A DNA stretch of 64,000 nucleotides from a virus (IMGVR_UViG_3300027983_001732:1035-65034); one strand, 5' to 3'. Positions 47,832 to 58,735 are shown, counted from the stretch's first letter. Made by a program: numbers and translations. The notes: a model not told the origin generated them from the letters alone.

Positions 47832-48614
47832 ATGTGGAAGAATTACGAAAACATCCTTCAGAATGATGGTCGGGATTCGTCAATGAAAGATTTGCAAAAA
47901 CAAATTTTGTTAGAATTGTTAATCACACCGGCTACTGTGTTGCCTACTTTGATTGGCGGCAGTATTCTGTTACTTTCTCCTATGTTTGGCGGATACACTG
48001 CTTTCTTTGGTTTTGTTGGGTTGCTTATTGGATTTGGTTCATTTCTCACAAATCTTGTATTTAACTTAAAAACAATAAGCAATCGTGCTCTGAATCAATG
48101 GAATGCACAACAAACCAAGGATCGTGAACGATTGCTTGATTCCCTCGACAGGAAGCTTCAGAAAACAGAAAGTGATCGTGACGAAAACGTCTTTCGTAAT
48201 TTGCGAGTTTTGTATAAGTCTTTCAGCGGAGATGTGGTTGGAGGCAAACTGAGTGATCATGTCCCTTCACAGATGTTGGATTCGATTGATGACATTTTCA
48301 AAACATGTATTGAAAAATTGCAAAGATCGTATGAGATACACAAAACTGCTAATACTATGACTGGCAAATTAAAAAAAGATTTGCAAAATCAGAGAGACAA
48401 TGTGGTCTCAGAAGTTGAGACAAGTGTTCTTGAACTGTCCAGTGTGATCAACGAAGTTCGGGCATTAAAATTTAAGAACGAAACAAACGATCTTCGTAGG
48501 TTGCAAAGCAGATTGTCATCTCAATTAGAAGTCGCCAAAGCGACAGAAGAGGGAATGGCTTCGATCATGCGTGATGATCAGCGAATTGAAGAAACGCTCA
48601 AGGAATACGAGTAA
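47832..48614 (+). CDS. Two-TM coiled-coil membrane protein
   Basis: Hydrophobic N-terminal pair followed by a helical domain. Confidence 0.6.
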   Translation: MWKNYENILQNDGRDSSMKDLQKQILLELLITPATVLPTLIGGSILLLSPMFGGYTAFFGFVGLLIGFGSFLTNLVFNLKTISNRALNQWNAQQTKDRERLLDSLDRKLQKTESDRDENVFRNLRVLYKSFSGDVVGGKLSDHVPSQMLDSIDDIFKTCIEKLQRSYEIHKTANTMTGKLKKDLQNQRDNVVSEVETSVLELSSVINEVRALKFKNETNDLRRLQSRLSSQLEVAKATEEGMASIMRDDQRIEETLKEYE

Positions 48615-48683
48615 ACAACCTTTACTAAACACGTTTTATGCCCTAAAATACAGTACTAAAACAATCCCTCAACTAAGGATAAA

Positions 48684-49481
48684 ATGATGTATCGATTGAT
48701 CAGAGCTTTCTGGTATCTGGTGACTGGTCGTTTTCAAGCAGCGGCAGATTCACTTCAAAGTAACAAACATGTCATGACTGCCACTTATGACAAATCAATC
48801 ACCAAAGGGGCCGAAAGATTCAACACTGTTCGCAACGCTGTCGCTCAGTTGATGGCGATTGAGAACACTCGCATTCAAGATATCAAAGATCTCAACGGCA
48901 CTTCTGAGAAGCTTGCGAAAATTAAAGCTGGTTCTCAAGTTGCGATGCAGAAGCGAATCGATGCCTTGAGGAATTCTGGAAAGACTAAAGAAGAAATCCA
49001 ACAAGATCCAGAATTCATCAAACACTCTGGAAATTACAAGGATGCTTCCAGTAGTCTTGATCAGACTACACAGCAGATTCACGACAAAGAAGAAGACCTC
49101 AAAGAGAGATCTAAGCAGATCGCTCAGTACAAGCTCGAACTTCAGGCGATGCAGAAGAATCAGGAAAAACTCAGGGAAGAGAAAAGCGAAGCTGTTGCCG
49201 ATGTCGCTATCGCTCAACAAGCTCAGCAAATCGCTGATGTTCTCGGTGGAATTGCAGAAGACACAACTGACAAAGATTTGCAGGCAGTGCGGGAAGCTCG
49301 CAAACAGGCACAAGCCAAAGCAAAAATTACAACTGAATTGTCTGGCAACGATGCACATCTCGCTGAAAACGAATACTTGCAACTCGCAAGCAGCAGTAAT
49401 ACAGATAAAGAGCTTGACAATTTGTTGAACTGGGGCGAAGAGACATCTTCAAAAATGGAAGATGCTAAGCTACACGAATAA
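48684..49481 (+). CDS. PspA/IM30-like coiled-coil protein
   Basis: Amphipathic N-terminus, long coiled coil, about 265 aa. Confidence 0.5.
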   Translation: MMYRLIRAFWYLVTGRFQAAADSLQSNKHVMTATYDKSITKGAERFNTVRNAVAQLMAIENTRIQDIKDLNGTSEKLAKIKAGSQVAMQKRIDALRNSGKTKEEIQQDPEFIKHSGNYKDASSSLDQTTQQIHDKEEDLKERSKQIAQYKLELQAMQKNQEKLREEKSEAVADVAIAQQAQQIADVLGGIAEDTTDKDLQAVREARKQAQAKAKITTELSGNDAHLAENEYLQLASSSNTDKELDNLLNWGEETSSKMEDAKLHE

Positions 49482-49530
49482 CTTGGCGATGTTCGCCAAG
49501 TTAATATTACTTAAATTTAGGAGAACTAAG

Positions 49531-50661
49531 ATGAAGAAAAATGCAATTTTTTCATTGTTATCCATGATGTTTGTTTTTACGTCTGGATGTGCCGAAAATA
49601 AGTCAACCAGTACCACTGCTGATGGCGGGACAGACACATCAATTGTAATACAAACTATGGCTCCTACTGGACCGATTCCAGTGTTCTCAGTGGCTTCGTC
49701 GGAATATCCGAGTTGGTCAACTCTGATGGTTGCTGCCAAAGCAGGACTCATTAATGGTGCCCAAGGTGGCGATCCGGGTACTCTTGAAACAAAATGGAAA
49801 GTCGATCTTGTCCTTGAAGTCAAAGACTACGATCCTTGTTTGTCTATGTTTGCTAATAATGTTGTTGATGCCGTTTGCATGACAAACATGGACGCACTCA
49901 ATCCATCCTTGGGTCGTCCATGCACTGCAATTTGTCCAACAAGTACATCAGTTGGTGCAGACAAGGTGATCGCTGTTGGTTACACTAAGCTGGAAGAATT
50001 GAAGGGTGTGAAGGTGTATGGACTCTCAAAAAGTGTTTCTCAGTTCTCATATGTTCGAGAACTCGAAATTAAAGGTTTGAATCCTGCGGAATTCCCTTTT
50101 GAAAATCTTGATCCAGCCGCCGCCGCCATCGCTCTTCAGAGCGGCAGCGGAGAAATCACTGCAATTTGTGTTTGGAATCCGTTTGCTTTGCAAACACTTC
50201 GCACAAATTCAAAAAGTACAACTATCACAGATTCATCGGTTATCCCTGAAGAGATCATTGATATGATAGTTGTAGGCAATGACAGTCTTGCAAAAGACGG
50301 CGGAGAAAACTTTGCTGCACTTCTGTGTGACACTTATTACGAGGTTTGTAATAATCTCAACAGTTCTGACAAAGCCAAGGCTGATGCTACTTTAACGGCT
50401 CTGGGAGAAGATTTCAGCAATCTCCCACTGGATGACATGCGAATCATCGTGAAAGAAACTCAGTTTTACGACACGACAGAAAAGGGCATCACTCTTTTCA
50501 AAAGCGATTCTTTCAAGAACACAATGAAAACGGTTGTCAGCACATGCCAGAGAATTGAAATTCTGGATGAGACAAAGGCGGAGCCAACTATTGGCTACAA
50601 CGACGATGGGAAACAGTTGAATTTTTCCACAAAGTACATGGAGAAGGTCGCTTCTAATTAG
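49531..50661 (+). CDS. ABC transporter substrate-binding lipoprotein
   Basis: Lipobox TSGC; SEYPSW, VWNPF, IPEEIID. Confidence 0.75.
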   Translation: MKKNAIFSLLSMMFVFTSGCAENKSTSTTADGGTDTSIVIQTMAPTGPIPVFSVASSEYPSWSTLMVAAKAGLINGAQGGDPGTLETKWKVDLVLEVKDYDPCLSMFANNVVDAVCMTNMDALNPSLGRPCTAICPTSTSVGADKVIAVGYTKLEELKGVKVYGLSKSVSQFSYVRELEIKGLNPAEFPFENLDPAAAAIALQSGSGEITAICVWNPFALQTLRTNSKSTTITDSSVIPEEIIDMIVVGNDSLAKDGGENFAALLCDTYYEVCNNLNSSDKAKADATLTALGEDFSNLPLDDMRIIVKETQFYDTTEKGITLFKSDSFKNTMKTVVSTCQRIEILDETKAEPTIGYNDDGKQLNFSTKYMEKVASN

Positions 50662-50675
50662 CCTTTTATCGGAGG

Positions 50676-50710
50676 AATCCCCGTCACGGCGAGAACGTGA
50701 CGGGGATTTT
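50676..50710 (+). terminator. Intrinsic terminator
   Basis: AATCCCCGTCACG/CGTGACGGGGATT stem plus T-tract. Confidence 0.7.
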
Positions 50711-50790
50711 GTTTGTGTAATCGTTAGGATCTTGTTTTTCAATGAGTTAAAAATTAAATCACGATCTATCAGAAATACGAAATTAATGTC

Positions 50791-51669
50791 ATGAGAATTA
50801 AACAGCCGATTAAAAAACGATGGAAAGTTTTGTTGGGCGTGATTGGAGTTGCGATTTTGTTGGGTTCATATAGTTATTTGTCTCGACTTCAACACGCAAA
50901 AAATCCAACAGACACAACGATGCCAAATTTGACTCAGTTGATGGATGGATTGAGATTAGTGACTACTCCTCGTGAAAATAGTATGCACGCTGCGTTTGGA
51001 GTCGTTGAAGAGAAATCAAGTAATCCGATCATCAGACTTTGGACTCAAGCATGGAAAACCATGCTTATTAAAGATGGCTGGGCAACATATAGTCGCCTTG
51101 CCAAAGGATTAGTCTGGGGTTGTGTAATATCTGTTGTGCTTGGCACATTGATGGGTTGTTTTGAGAGTTTGGCTGGCTTTATTTTGCCAACCCTCTCATT
51201 CTTGTCAAAAGTTCCCGGAACTGCTATGCTTGCTGTGTTCTTCGTGTTGGCTGGAACTGGCGAGACAATGTTTATTGCCATGATTGGATTCGGAGTTTTA
51301 CCAACACTAACACAATCTGTATATCTTTCAGCCAGAGACGATCTTCATCATGAAGAAATTGATAAAGCTTATACGTTGGGAGCGAGTAATCTTGAGGTGA
51401 TTTGGGAAGTTGTTTTTCCTCAAATTCTTCCAAAAGTTTTAGACAACATTCGATTGCAATTAGGTCCAGCGATGGTTTTTCTGATTGCTGGCGAGATGCT
51501 TGTTGGTCAAGTCGGAATGGGATACCAGATTCGTATGCAACAAAGATTATTGCACATGAACGTGGTTTATGATTACATCTTGATTCTTGGTGCTACTGGA
51601 CTGTTGTTGGACAAAGGGATGTTGTCCTTCCGTCAGTGGTGGTGCCCTTGGTATGATCGAAACAGATAA
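50791..51669 (+). CDS. ABC transporter permease (SsuC/TauC-like)
   Basis: Multiple TMs; EAA-like DKAYTLGAS..VVFPQILP. Confidence 0.88.
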   Translation: MRIKQPIKKRWKVLLGVIGVAILLGSYSYLSRLQHAKNPTDTTMPNLTQLMDGLRLVTTPRENSMHAAFGVVEEKSSNPIIRLWTQAWKTMLIKDGWATYSRLAKGLVWGCVISVVLGTLMGCFESLAGFILPTLSFLSKVPGTAMLAVFFVLAGTGETMFIAMIGFGVLPTLTQSVYLSARDDLHHEEIDKAYTLGASNLEVIWEVVFPQILPKVLDNIRLQLGPAMVFLIAGEMLVGQVGMGYQIRMQQRLLHMNVVYDYILILGATGLLLDKGMLSFRQWWCPWYDRNR

Positions 51670-51670
51670 C

Positions 51671-52639
51671 ATGAGTGGAAAAGTCGTCCTGAATATTGAA
51701 CACGTGAGTCAATGGTTCGGCAAAAACCGTGTCTTACATGACATAAATCTAAAAATTGTACAGGGTCAATTTGTTGCCCTTGTTGGTCCTAGTGGATGTG
51801 GCAAATCAACTTTGTTGAGAGCCATTCTTGGAACTCAACCACCAAAAGAAGGTGTGGTAGAGACAGATGGCGTTCGAGTTCTTGGACCAAATCGCAATGT
51901 TGGAATTGTGTATCAAAAATACGGATTGTATCGATTTTTGACCGTTCAAGAAAATGTAGCATTTGGTCCAAAGCTTGACAAAACTCAGATTCGTCATCGT
52001 GCGTTCATGCCTTGGCATTGGTTGCCGCTTAAAAAGAAACAGCATGAGGAGTCACAGGCGATGCTGGAAAAGCTTCGCTTAAAAGATTCTCATGATAAGT
52101 ATCCCGGCGAGCTTTCTGGCGGGATGCAACAGCGTGTTGCGATTGCACAAGCTCTTGTAATGAAGCCAAAAATATTGTTACTTGACGAACCATTTGGTGC
52201 TCTTGATGAATCAACTCGTGAAGAGTTACAGTTAATGCTGCTTAAACTTTATCAGGAAAATTTGATAGCCATTAAGAGCGGTGAAGATCCACCTTGGACT
52301 GTCATCATCATAACTCATGAGTTAAATGAAGCATTTTACGTTTCTGATCGAGTTATTGGGCTGTCAAGAAACTGGTATGAAAATCACGAATATATGAAAA
52401 AAATAAATTTTGGGGAAGAGCTAGGCTCAACTAAAGTTTGGGATAAAGCTGCTCCAACATTTCATCCAGACGAACCAAAAGATATTACACGATTTATCAC
52501 TATGCGTGACGAATTGAGAAATTCAGTTTTAAATGGGACTGACAATGTTGAGCGCAATGCTCATGTTAGTTTTTGGAATGACCTCGAAAACGGGGTCGGA
52601 ACTGGCGTTGCATTTACAAAAGGAATAAGTCATGAGTAA
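51671..52639 (+). CDS. ABC transporter ATP-binding protein (SsuB/TauB-like)
   Basis: GPSGCGKS, LSGGMQQR, LLLDEPFGALD, ITH. Confidence 0.92.
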   Translation: MSGKVVLNIEHVSQWFGKNRVLHDINLKIVQGQFVALVGPSGCGKSTLLRAILGTQPPKEGVVETDGVRVLGPNRNVGIVYQKYGLYRFLTVQENVAFGPKLDKTQIRHRAFMPWHWLPLKKKQHEESQAMLEKLRLKDSHDKYPGELSGGMQQRVAIAQALVMKPKILLLDEPFGALDESTREELQLMLLKLYQENLIAIKSGEDPPWTVIIITHELNEAFYVSDRVIGLSRNWYENHEYMKKINFGEELGSTKVWDKAAPTFHPDEPKDITRFITMRDELRNSVLNGTDNVERNAHVSFWNDLENGVGTGVAFTKGISHE

Positions 52640-53180
52640 TAAAGCTGTCGAACAACGATCAAATGAAACAAATGTCAGTCTTGCCAAAAGTATTCAACAA
52701 AGTCTTGTAGAACTCAATGACAAGGTAGTTTTTGCAGAAAGTTGCACTGGCGGAGAGATTTCGGCTACTCTGGCAAGTTTGCCCGGAATTTCACAAAATT
52801 TGTGTGGCTCATTTGTTTCTTATCGTTCTTATAGCAAGCAACAGTGGTTGGGAGTTGATTGCCGAACTATCGCAAAACACACAACTGAAAGCGAAGAAGT
52901 CGCCAATGAAATGGCTAAAGGAGCTTTACAGAAGACTCCAGAAGCGTCATGGGCTCTGTCTGTTGTCGGTCACTTTGGACCTGATACTCCTTCAGATAAA
53001 GATGGAGTAATTTACATCTGCGTCATGCGTAGAACGAGAAAAGGCAATTTGAAGATTCAAGAAAATGTAAAACATCATCTTAGTGTTGTTGATCGTTCTG
53101 TTCGTCAAAAGATAGCAACAGAAGTGTGTTTGAGTACGTTGGGTCGAATTTTGATTAAACGTAAATCAGATATAAAATAA
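52632..53180 (+). CDS. CinA C-terminal domain / PncC-like NMN deamidase
   Basis: AESCTGG, SEEVANEMAKGA. Confidence 0.82.
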   Translation: MSNKAVEQRSNETNVSLAKSIQQSLVELNDKVVFAESCTGGEISATLASLPGISQNLCGSFVSYRSYSKQQWLGVDCRTIAKHTTESEEVANEMAKGALQKTPEASWALSVVGHFGPDTPSDKDGVIYICVMRRTRKGNLKIQENVKHHLSVVDRSVRQKIATEVCLSTLGRILIKRKSDIK

Positions 53181-53280
53181 TTGATATTGCCGTTGAGAAG
53201 ATTGGACCTAAAGTCGTCACCGATTGATCCAGAAATTACTACTGCCACATGCGAAAAACTTTTCTTAGAACGGTGTAATA

Positions 53281-54210
53281 ATGGCTAAAGTTGTTTTGGT
53301 TATTGGCTATAACGCTTCTGGCAAAAGCACGCTTGTGAAAGAGTTTGTTGATGCTGGATACAAACGCATCAATCGTGATGAGATGGGAGGAACTCTTGAA
53401 AGTCAAGCAGAATATGCTCGTGTTTCTCTTGATCATGGAGATGATGTTGTTCTTGACAACACATATCCAACAATTGAAAGTCGGAAGTCGATAATTGCTG
53501 TAGCCAAATCATTCAATGCGTCTGTCACTTGTGTTTGGCTGACCACAAGTTTTGAAGATGCGCAATTTAATGCTTGTCTTCGCATGGTTGGCAAGTATGG
53601 AAAATTGATAGAGCCAGAAGGTTTCAAGAAAATCAAAGATCCAAACTGCTTTCCTCCAGCAGCACTTTTTAATTATAGAAAGATTTTTGAAAAGCCTGCT
53701 TTGACTGAAGGGTTTGATTCCATCGACAAACGTCAGTTTGTTCGTGTGTGGCCTGTTGATTACACTAACAAAGCTCTTCTGCTAGATTATGACGGAACAC
53801 TCCGTGTGAGCGTTGGTGAAAAAGAGTGGCCAGAAAAAACATCTGACGTGAAAGTTCTTCCGGGCCGCACAGAGCGGTTACAAAAATATGTCGATGAAGG
53901 ATATTTGCTACTTGGCATTTCAAACCAATCTGCTATCGCCAAAGGACTTGATGAACAGAAGGTGATTGATTGTTTTAAAAAGACGAATGAACTTTTGGGA
54001 CATGAAATTGAATTCATGTTTTGTCCTCACAACATCCCTCCTGTAAAGTGTTTTTGTAGGAAGCCACATACTGGCATTCCTGCATATTTTATCAACAAGT
54101 ACAAGCTAAATCCAGCAGATTGTATTCTTGTTGGTGATCAAACAACAGACCAAACTTGTTCTACAAGAGCAGGAATGAAATTTTCTTGGGCCAAAGATTT
54201 TTTCGCATAA
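53281..54210 (+). CDS. Bifunctional polynucleotide kinase / HAD-IIIA phosphatase
   Basis: GYNASGKS, DNTYP; DYDGTL, SNQS, RKPHTG, GDQTTD. Confidence 0.85.
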   Translation: MAKVVLVIGYNASGKSTLVKEFVDAGYKRINRDEMGGTLESQAEYARVSLDHGDDVVLDNTYPTIESRKSIIAVAKSFNASVTCVWLTTSFEDAQFNACLRMVGKYGKLIEPEGFKKIKDPNCFPPAALFNYRKIFEKPALTEGFDSIDKRQFVRVWPVDYTNKALLLDYDGTLRVSVGEKEWPEKTSDVKVLPGRTERLQKYVDEGYLLLGISNQSAIAKGLDEQKVIDCFKKTNELLGHEIEFMFCPHNIPPVKCFCRKPHTGIPAYFINKYKLNPADCILVGDQTTDQTCSTRAGMKFSWAKDFFA

Positions 54211-54291
54211 ATGGAACATTTATGAGCGATCGCAAAACAGAAAAAAGTCGCTTCGAAGCAAGAGAATTCATAATAAGAAGAAGATCAGAAC

Positions 54292-55971
54292 ATGAGTTTT
54301 GTTAAAGCCCTTAAAAAGATCATCAACAGCGGACAATCTAGGTCAATTATTTTGACCGGTAATGTACACGATCTTTTCTTCGATGGAAAAAAATATGTTC
54401 CTTTGATGCCTTTTTTATCTTCTCAGTGTAAAGCTGATCCAGATTCAAAAAGCAAGGGTATCACTCAAATTTTGTTTGAGTTAAATCATCCAATTGAAAT
54501 CGTTGGTCCATGTGCCGATGAATTCAAAGGAATTTGGTCTTCTTCAAATCAAAAATCATTAGATGATCGACTCAGCGAAAGTAATTCCAATGCGACTTTT
54601 GCATTAGAATTACTGCGTCAAATGGCAGAGTGTAATCGTCGCAGTAAGACTTCCAGAAACAATCTTCTGATGTTTATTGAATCAGCAGACATGTTGCTGC
54701 CAGAGGAAGAGATTAGTCGAATGTCGCTGTCTGATCGCAAGCGTGTTGCGATTATCCAAGATTGGTTCAGTGATCCTTTTTTTATGGAGGCTGGAGATAG
54801 CGTAGTTCTGATTTCAGAATCAAGGTCTGCTTTGCATAGTCGAGTCACTCGACTGCCACATGTACTTTCAGTTGATATACCGCTTCCAGATCATTCGGAA
54901 CGTCTGGATTTTATCAATTGGTTTAGAGAACTGCGTTTTGACGTACATACAATATTTTGTACCATCAACCCAACGATTGTCGCAGATCAAACATCTGGCT
55001 TGTCGATCCACGCAATTCGACAGCTTATTTTATCTGGAGATCTGTCTCCTTCAAACATCAGCGGAAAAGTCGAAGAATACATGATCGGACAGCTTGGAGA
55101 AGGGGTCGTTGAGTTTCAACGTCCTGTTCACAAATTGGATGATGTGATTGGGTTTAGTCGAGTTAAATCATTCATGAAGAATGAACTCATTCCCGGATTT
55201 ATGGATGGGTCAATTAGTGGTGCTGCTGTAGGTGGACCAATTGGTAGCGGAAAAACATTTATTTGTGAAGCTGTAGCTTCTGAACTTGGAATTCCAGTTA
55301 TTGTTCTTAAAGCTATTCGATCAAAATGGTTTGGAGAAACTGATCAAATTTTTGAGCGTCTGCGTCGTTTGTTAGAGACATTCCATAAGGCTGTTATTTT
55401 TGTGGATGAAGCTGACACTCAATTTGGAGATATACAAGATGACAGTGGAGGCGGCACAGAAAAACGTCTGACAGGCAAGATTCAAGCGATGATGAGTGAC
55501 GTTCGTCTTAAAGGAAGAGTAATTTGGTTCCTTATGACAGCAAGAATTCATCGTTTGTCTCCAGACATTAGACGACCGGGTCGTATGGATTTAATTATTC
55601 CGATTCTTGACCCAGAAGGACAAGACAAAATTGATTTTATTTCTTGGGCTTTTCGTGACATAGAATTAGAAAAAGATCTTTTTCTAATTCTTGCAGCAGT
55701 TGACGGCTATTCAGCCGCCACATTTTCTGCTCTTAGGTCTCGAATAAAATCAAAAGGATGTAAGACTGTTGAACAAGCACTTGAAGTTGCAGACGATATT
55801 CTCCAACCAGACATTGAGGACACACGTCGCTATCAAACACTTCAGGCACTGATGAACTGCACTCGAAAGAGTTTGTTGTTTGACAATTCAGTGACACCGT
55901 TGCAAGTCAAACAAGAACGAGCTAAGTGGAAAAATGAACTTGTTGAGTTAGAAAAAAAAGGGCTTAAATAA
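54292..55971 (+). CDS. AAA+ ATPase
   Basis: GPIGSGKT, FVDEAD, RRPGRMD. Confidence 0.85.
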   Translation: MSFVKALKKIINSGQSRSIILTGNVHDLFFDGKKYVPLMPFLSSQCKADPDSKSKGITQILFELNHPIEIVGPCADEFKGIWSSSNQKSLDDRLSESNSNATFALELLRQMAECNRRSKTSRNNLLMFIESADMLLPEEEISRMSLSDRKRVAIIQDWFSDPFFMEAGDSVVLISESRSALHSRVTRLPHVLSVDIPLPDHSERLDFINWFRELRFDVHTIFCTINPTIVADQTSGLSIHAIRQLILSGDLSPSNISGKVEEYMIGQLGEGVVEFQRPVHKLDDVIGFSRVKSFMKNELIPGFMDGSISGAAVGGPIGSGKTFICEAVASELGIPVIVLKAIRSKWFGETDQIFERLRRLLETFHKAVIFVDEADTQFGDIQDDSGGGTEKRLTGKIQAMMSDVRLKGRVIWFLMTARIHRLSPDIRRPGRMDLIIPILDPEGQDKIDFISWAFRDIELEKDLFLILAAVDGYSAATFSALRSRIKSKGCKTVEQALEVADDILQPDIEDTRRYQTLQALMNCTRKSLLFDNSVTPLQVKQERAKWKNELVELEKKGLK

Positions 55972-56050
55972 TAAATTTAGGAACAACACGGATTTGACTC
56001 TGTGTCATAAATTATTTGCAGTTTGATGTCCTCTGTTGCAATCAGTGAAC

Positions 56051-56090
56051 ATAAATTTCGAACGGCGATTTCCCGCCGTTCGAAATTTAT
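56051..56090. terminator. Bidirectional terminator between convergent genes
   Basis: 17-bp stem ATAAATTTCGAACGGCG/CGCCGTTCGAAATTTAT. Confidence 0.75.
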
Positions 56091-56100
56091 TCTAATGTTC

Positions 56101-57546
56101 TTAAAAATTTGTATTTTCTAACATTACAACATCGTGTCCTTCTCTCTTCAGAACTTCAATTCTCCATTCTGAATGTTTGCGAAGATAATCATTGATGTTA
56201 AACATAAAATCGTGATATCTCAGTTTCTCTTTATCGTTGGCTGTTCTCAATCCACGTCCCATCAACTGGATTACGTTGTGTGCTCCTTCGCCGCCAGCAG
56301 CGTTAATCAGGTCATGAATTTTAATATTGATCCCAGCAGTAATGATCTGTCTCATGACAATTGCAACTGATTTATCTCCTTCTTTCAAAGCGTTGATTAC
56401 CGGTTCTCTTTCTTTAAGAGAATTGTTTCCCTGAATAAATTTTGATCCCGGAATCAATTGTTCAAGATAATGCCCTTGTTCAATTCTTTCGACAACAATC
56501 AATGTTCTTCCCGGACAAGTAGCTGTAAGATTTTTTACTACATCATGAAAATGAAAGTTTTGTTCGATGCCAAGTTTAACCGCATCTTGATATGGTTCGT
56601 GAATTAGACTTGGATTGTTAATGGGATACACAAAGCAGTTGCTGTTTGACAAAATATTTCTTTCTTGAAGATCTTTTGTTGTAAGCAATCCACTTTCGGT
56701 TGTTGTTGTTTTAAATACAGGTCCAAAATATCCTTTTACACTGTATTTGTGGACTTGATCAATTTTCTTTTTATCCCATTTGAACGGAGTGGCCGAGAAT
56801 CCGATACGTATCGCCGCATTGGACATTTTCTTATAGCCACGAATTGGAACATCAGACATACAATCATGAACTTCATCCACGAGCAACACTTTGAATTTTG
56901 GCAACAAATTCTTTAATGATTCAAATGTTTGTTTGTGAACGGTGGCACACATGACAAAGTTTGGTTCTTTGTATTTGTCATACCATCTTCCAAGACCTTG
57001 CACTCCCCAATTATTCATTTCTTCCCAGTTCTGATGAACCAAGCTGGCGTTCTTTGTTAGAAATAAAACTGGAGTCTTTGGCGGCAATGACTTTAGAATA
57101 GAAACTAAAATGAACGTCTTTCCTGCTCCAGTTGGTGCCACAACAATTCCACGATTGTGCTTGAAACATTGATTTGCTAAGTCTGGCTGATAATCATGCA
57201 ACGTGATTGGATTCATTCCTGTAGGAAGACATTGATTAAGGAATTGATCGTCAATTGATTGATTGAGCCATTTTGTTGGCGTTCTATCGTCAATGAATGT
57301 GTATGGTTTTTTTAACACACGTAGAGCGCCCATGATCTCTGGCAGCAAACCGGTTAAAAACTTTCCGGTTTTGAGATCAAAAAACTCTTTCCATCCATCC
57401 CACTTCTTTTTCTTGTAAGCAATGTTGTGCCAATAATTGGGCGGACGAAACCTGAGATTTTCGTGAAGCGTGTTGAGAAGGTCTCGATCTGTCGAAACCA
57501 ATCGTCCGTATAGATTGTCTGCCTGTAACACCGTCGTGTGGTCCAT
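56101..57546 (-). CDS. uvsW: UvsW-like SF2 helicase
   Basis: KKWDGW, APTGAGKT, DEVH, SATP, QLMGRGLR. Confidence 0.85.
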   Translation of the reverse strand: MDHTTVLQADNLYGRLVSTDRDLLNTLHENLRFRPPNYWHNIAYKKKKWDGWKEFFDLKTGKFLTGLLPEIMGALRVLKKPYTFIDDRTPTKWLNQSIDDQFLNQCLPTGMNPITLHDYQPDLANQCFKHNRGIVVAPTGAGKTFILVSILKSLPPKTPVLFLTKNASLVHQNWEEMNNWGVQGLGRWYDKYKEPNFVMCATVHKQTFESLKNLLPKFKVLLVDEVHDCMSDVPIRGYKKMSNAAIRIGFSATPFKWDKKKIDQVHKYSVKGYFGPVFKTTTTESGLLTTKDLQERNILSNSNCFVYPINNPSLIHEPYQDAVKLGIEQNFHFHDVVKNLTATCPGRTLIVVERIEQGHYLEQLIPGSKFIQGNNSLKEREPVINALKEGDKSVAIVMRQIITAGINIKIHDLINAAGGEGAHNVIQLMGRGLRTANDKEKLRYHDFMFNINDYLRKHSEWRIEVLKREGHDVVMLENTNF

Positions 57547-57706
57547 TTTGCCCTTCCTTGGATATGTAGGATTATAGCCGATAACTCTTTAACCAGAAAC
57601 CTCAAATCTCAGGCTTTACATGTCGAATATCTCATCGTAAAATCTGTTTTTCAATTGACGATTGTACTGGTGACATCGGAATGTTCATGATTCAGAATGT
57701 GTGACA

Positions 57707-57735
57707 TTGACTCAGGGATTTTTCTAGTGTAAAAT
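57707..57735 (+). promoter_or_regulatory. Sigma70-like promoter
   Basis: TTGACT-N17-TAAAAT. Confidence 0.55.
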
Positions 57736-57789
57736 TTTGTGATCGTGTGTGCGGTGTGCTTCTTGATTTTTTAATGCCAGATTGGGGAA

Positions 57790-57990
57790 ATGAAAATGCC
57801 AAAGTCAAAAACAACTGTTGATTGTGATCTCAACAATACAATTTCTAAAACCTTCTCTTCAGAGCAGGTTCGGATTGCCGCTTATCTCAACTGGGAAAAG
57901 CAAACAGGTGGGAATCCTGTTGACGAAGATTCCACTCGCCAATTCTGGCTGGAAGCAGAACAGCAAGTGACATCACAGGACAATCAATAG
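57790..57990 (+). CDS. DUF2934-like small protein
   Basis: RIAAYLNWEK..G.P....FWLEAE. Confidence 0.6.
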   Translation: MKMPKSKTTVDCDLNNTISKTFSSEQVRIAAYLNWEKQTGGNPVDEDSTRQFWLEAEQQVTSQDNQ

Positions 57991-58024
57991 TCGAATTTGT
58001 CGCTAGCAACAAGGAATATGAAAT

Positions 58025-58735
58025 ATGTTATCAGCCAATGGTCGCAGTCGAACACTGTTTGAAGTTCTAGCTGGTCGGAATCAGAAAGACATGAGACCAT
58101 TAGAATTGCAGTATCATAACCCGCTCGAAGCCAAAGTTGGTTGTACAGTTACTTTTGAACATGAACCTGAAATCGCTGGTATCAAATTTGTTGTTGAAAG
58201 CATTTCTGTCTACAAGACAAGGATTGGTTCAAAAGACTTCTTTCATACAGACTATCACCTCAAAGGAATCAGTCTTTATCACGACGACCCAGTGTGTTTG
58301 AGATTGCGGCTTTTATCCGATGATAAAGCTGACAACGGAATGCGAGTGCAAAAGTTGTATTTGCACAATGAAATGGAATACGATGAGACGTTTTACAAAG
58401 ATCGTCTTGGCGATCCAAGCGGTGAAATTAAGCTTACGGAAGATGACGAAGGAAACGCTCTTGAGGAACCATATAAATATTGGCGTGTAGAAGATGTCAT
58501 CGATCCATACAATTCTCGTTTGACTGTCCTGCGGGACGTAGACGGGGATGGAACCATCGACGATGAAGAACTTGAACACAAAGATGTGATTTACTGGGAG
58601 TATTCTCGTCTAACAGACGATGTAGCAGGCAATGAAATTACTGAATTCCTGACCGTTGAGATGGATAAGTCAACTGGTTATTTCAGGCTTCTTTGTGGAA
58701 CATCTGTGATGCCGTCTCAAATTTCAGTGTTCTGA
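58025..58735 (+). CDS. Hypothetical acidic protein
   Basis: 236 aa ORF; DVDGDGTID EF-hand-like loop. Confidence 0.6.
   Translation: MLSANGRSRTLFEVLAGRNQKDMRPLELQYHNPLEAKVGCTVTFEHEPEIAGIKFVVESISVYKTRIGSKDFFHTDYHLKGISLYHDDPVCLRLRLLSDDKADNGMRVQKLYLHNEMEYDETFYKDRLGDPSGEIKLTEDDEGNALEEPYKYWRVEDVIDPYNSRLTVLRDVDGDGTIDDEELEHKDVIYWEYSRLTDDVAGNEITEFLTVEMDKSTGYFRLLCGTSVMPSQISVF

Noticed and set aside
48795-49382. 195 aa minus-strand ORF and other ORFs nested in long genes
   Set aside because: Antisense or alternate-frame shadows of well-supported genes, with no motifs.
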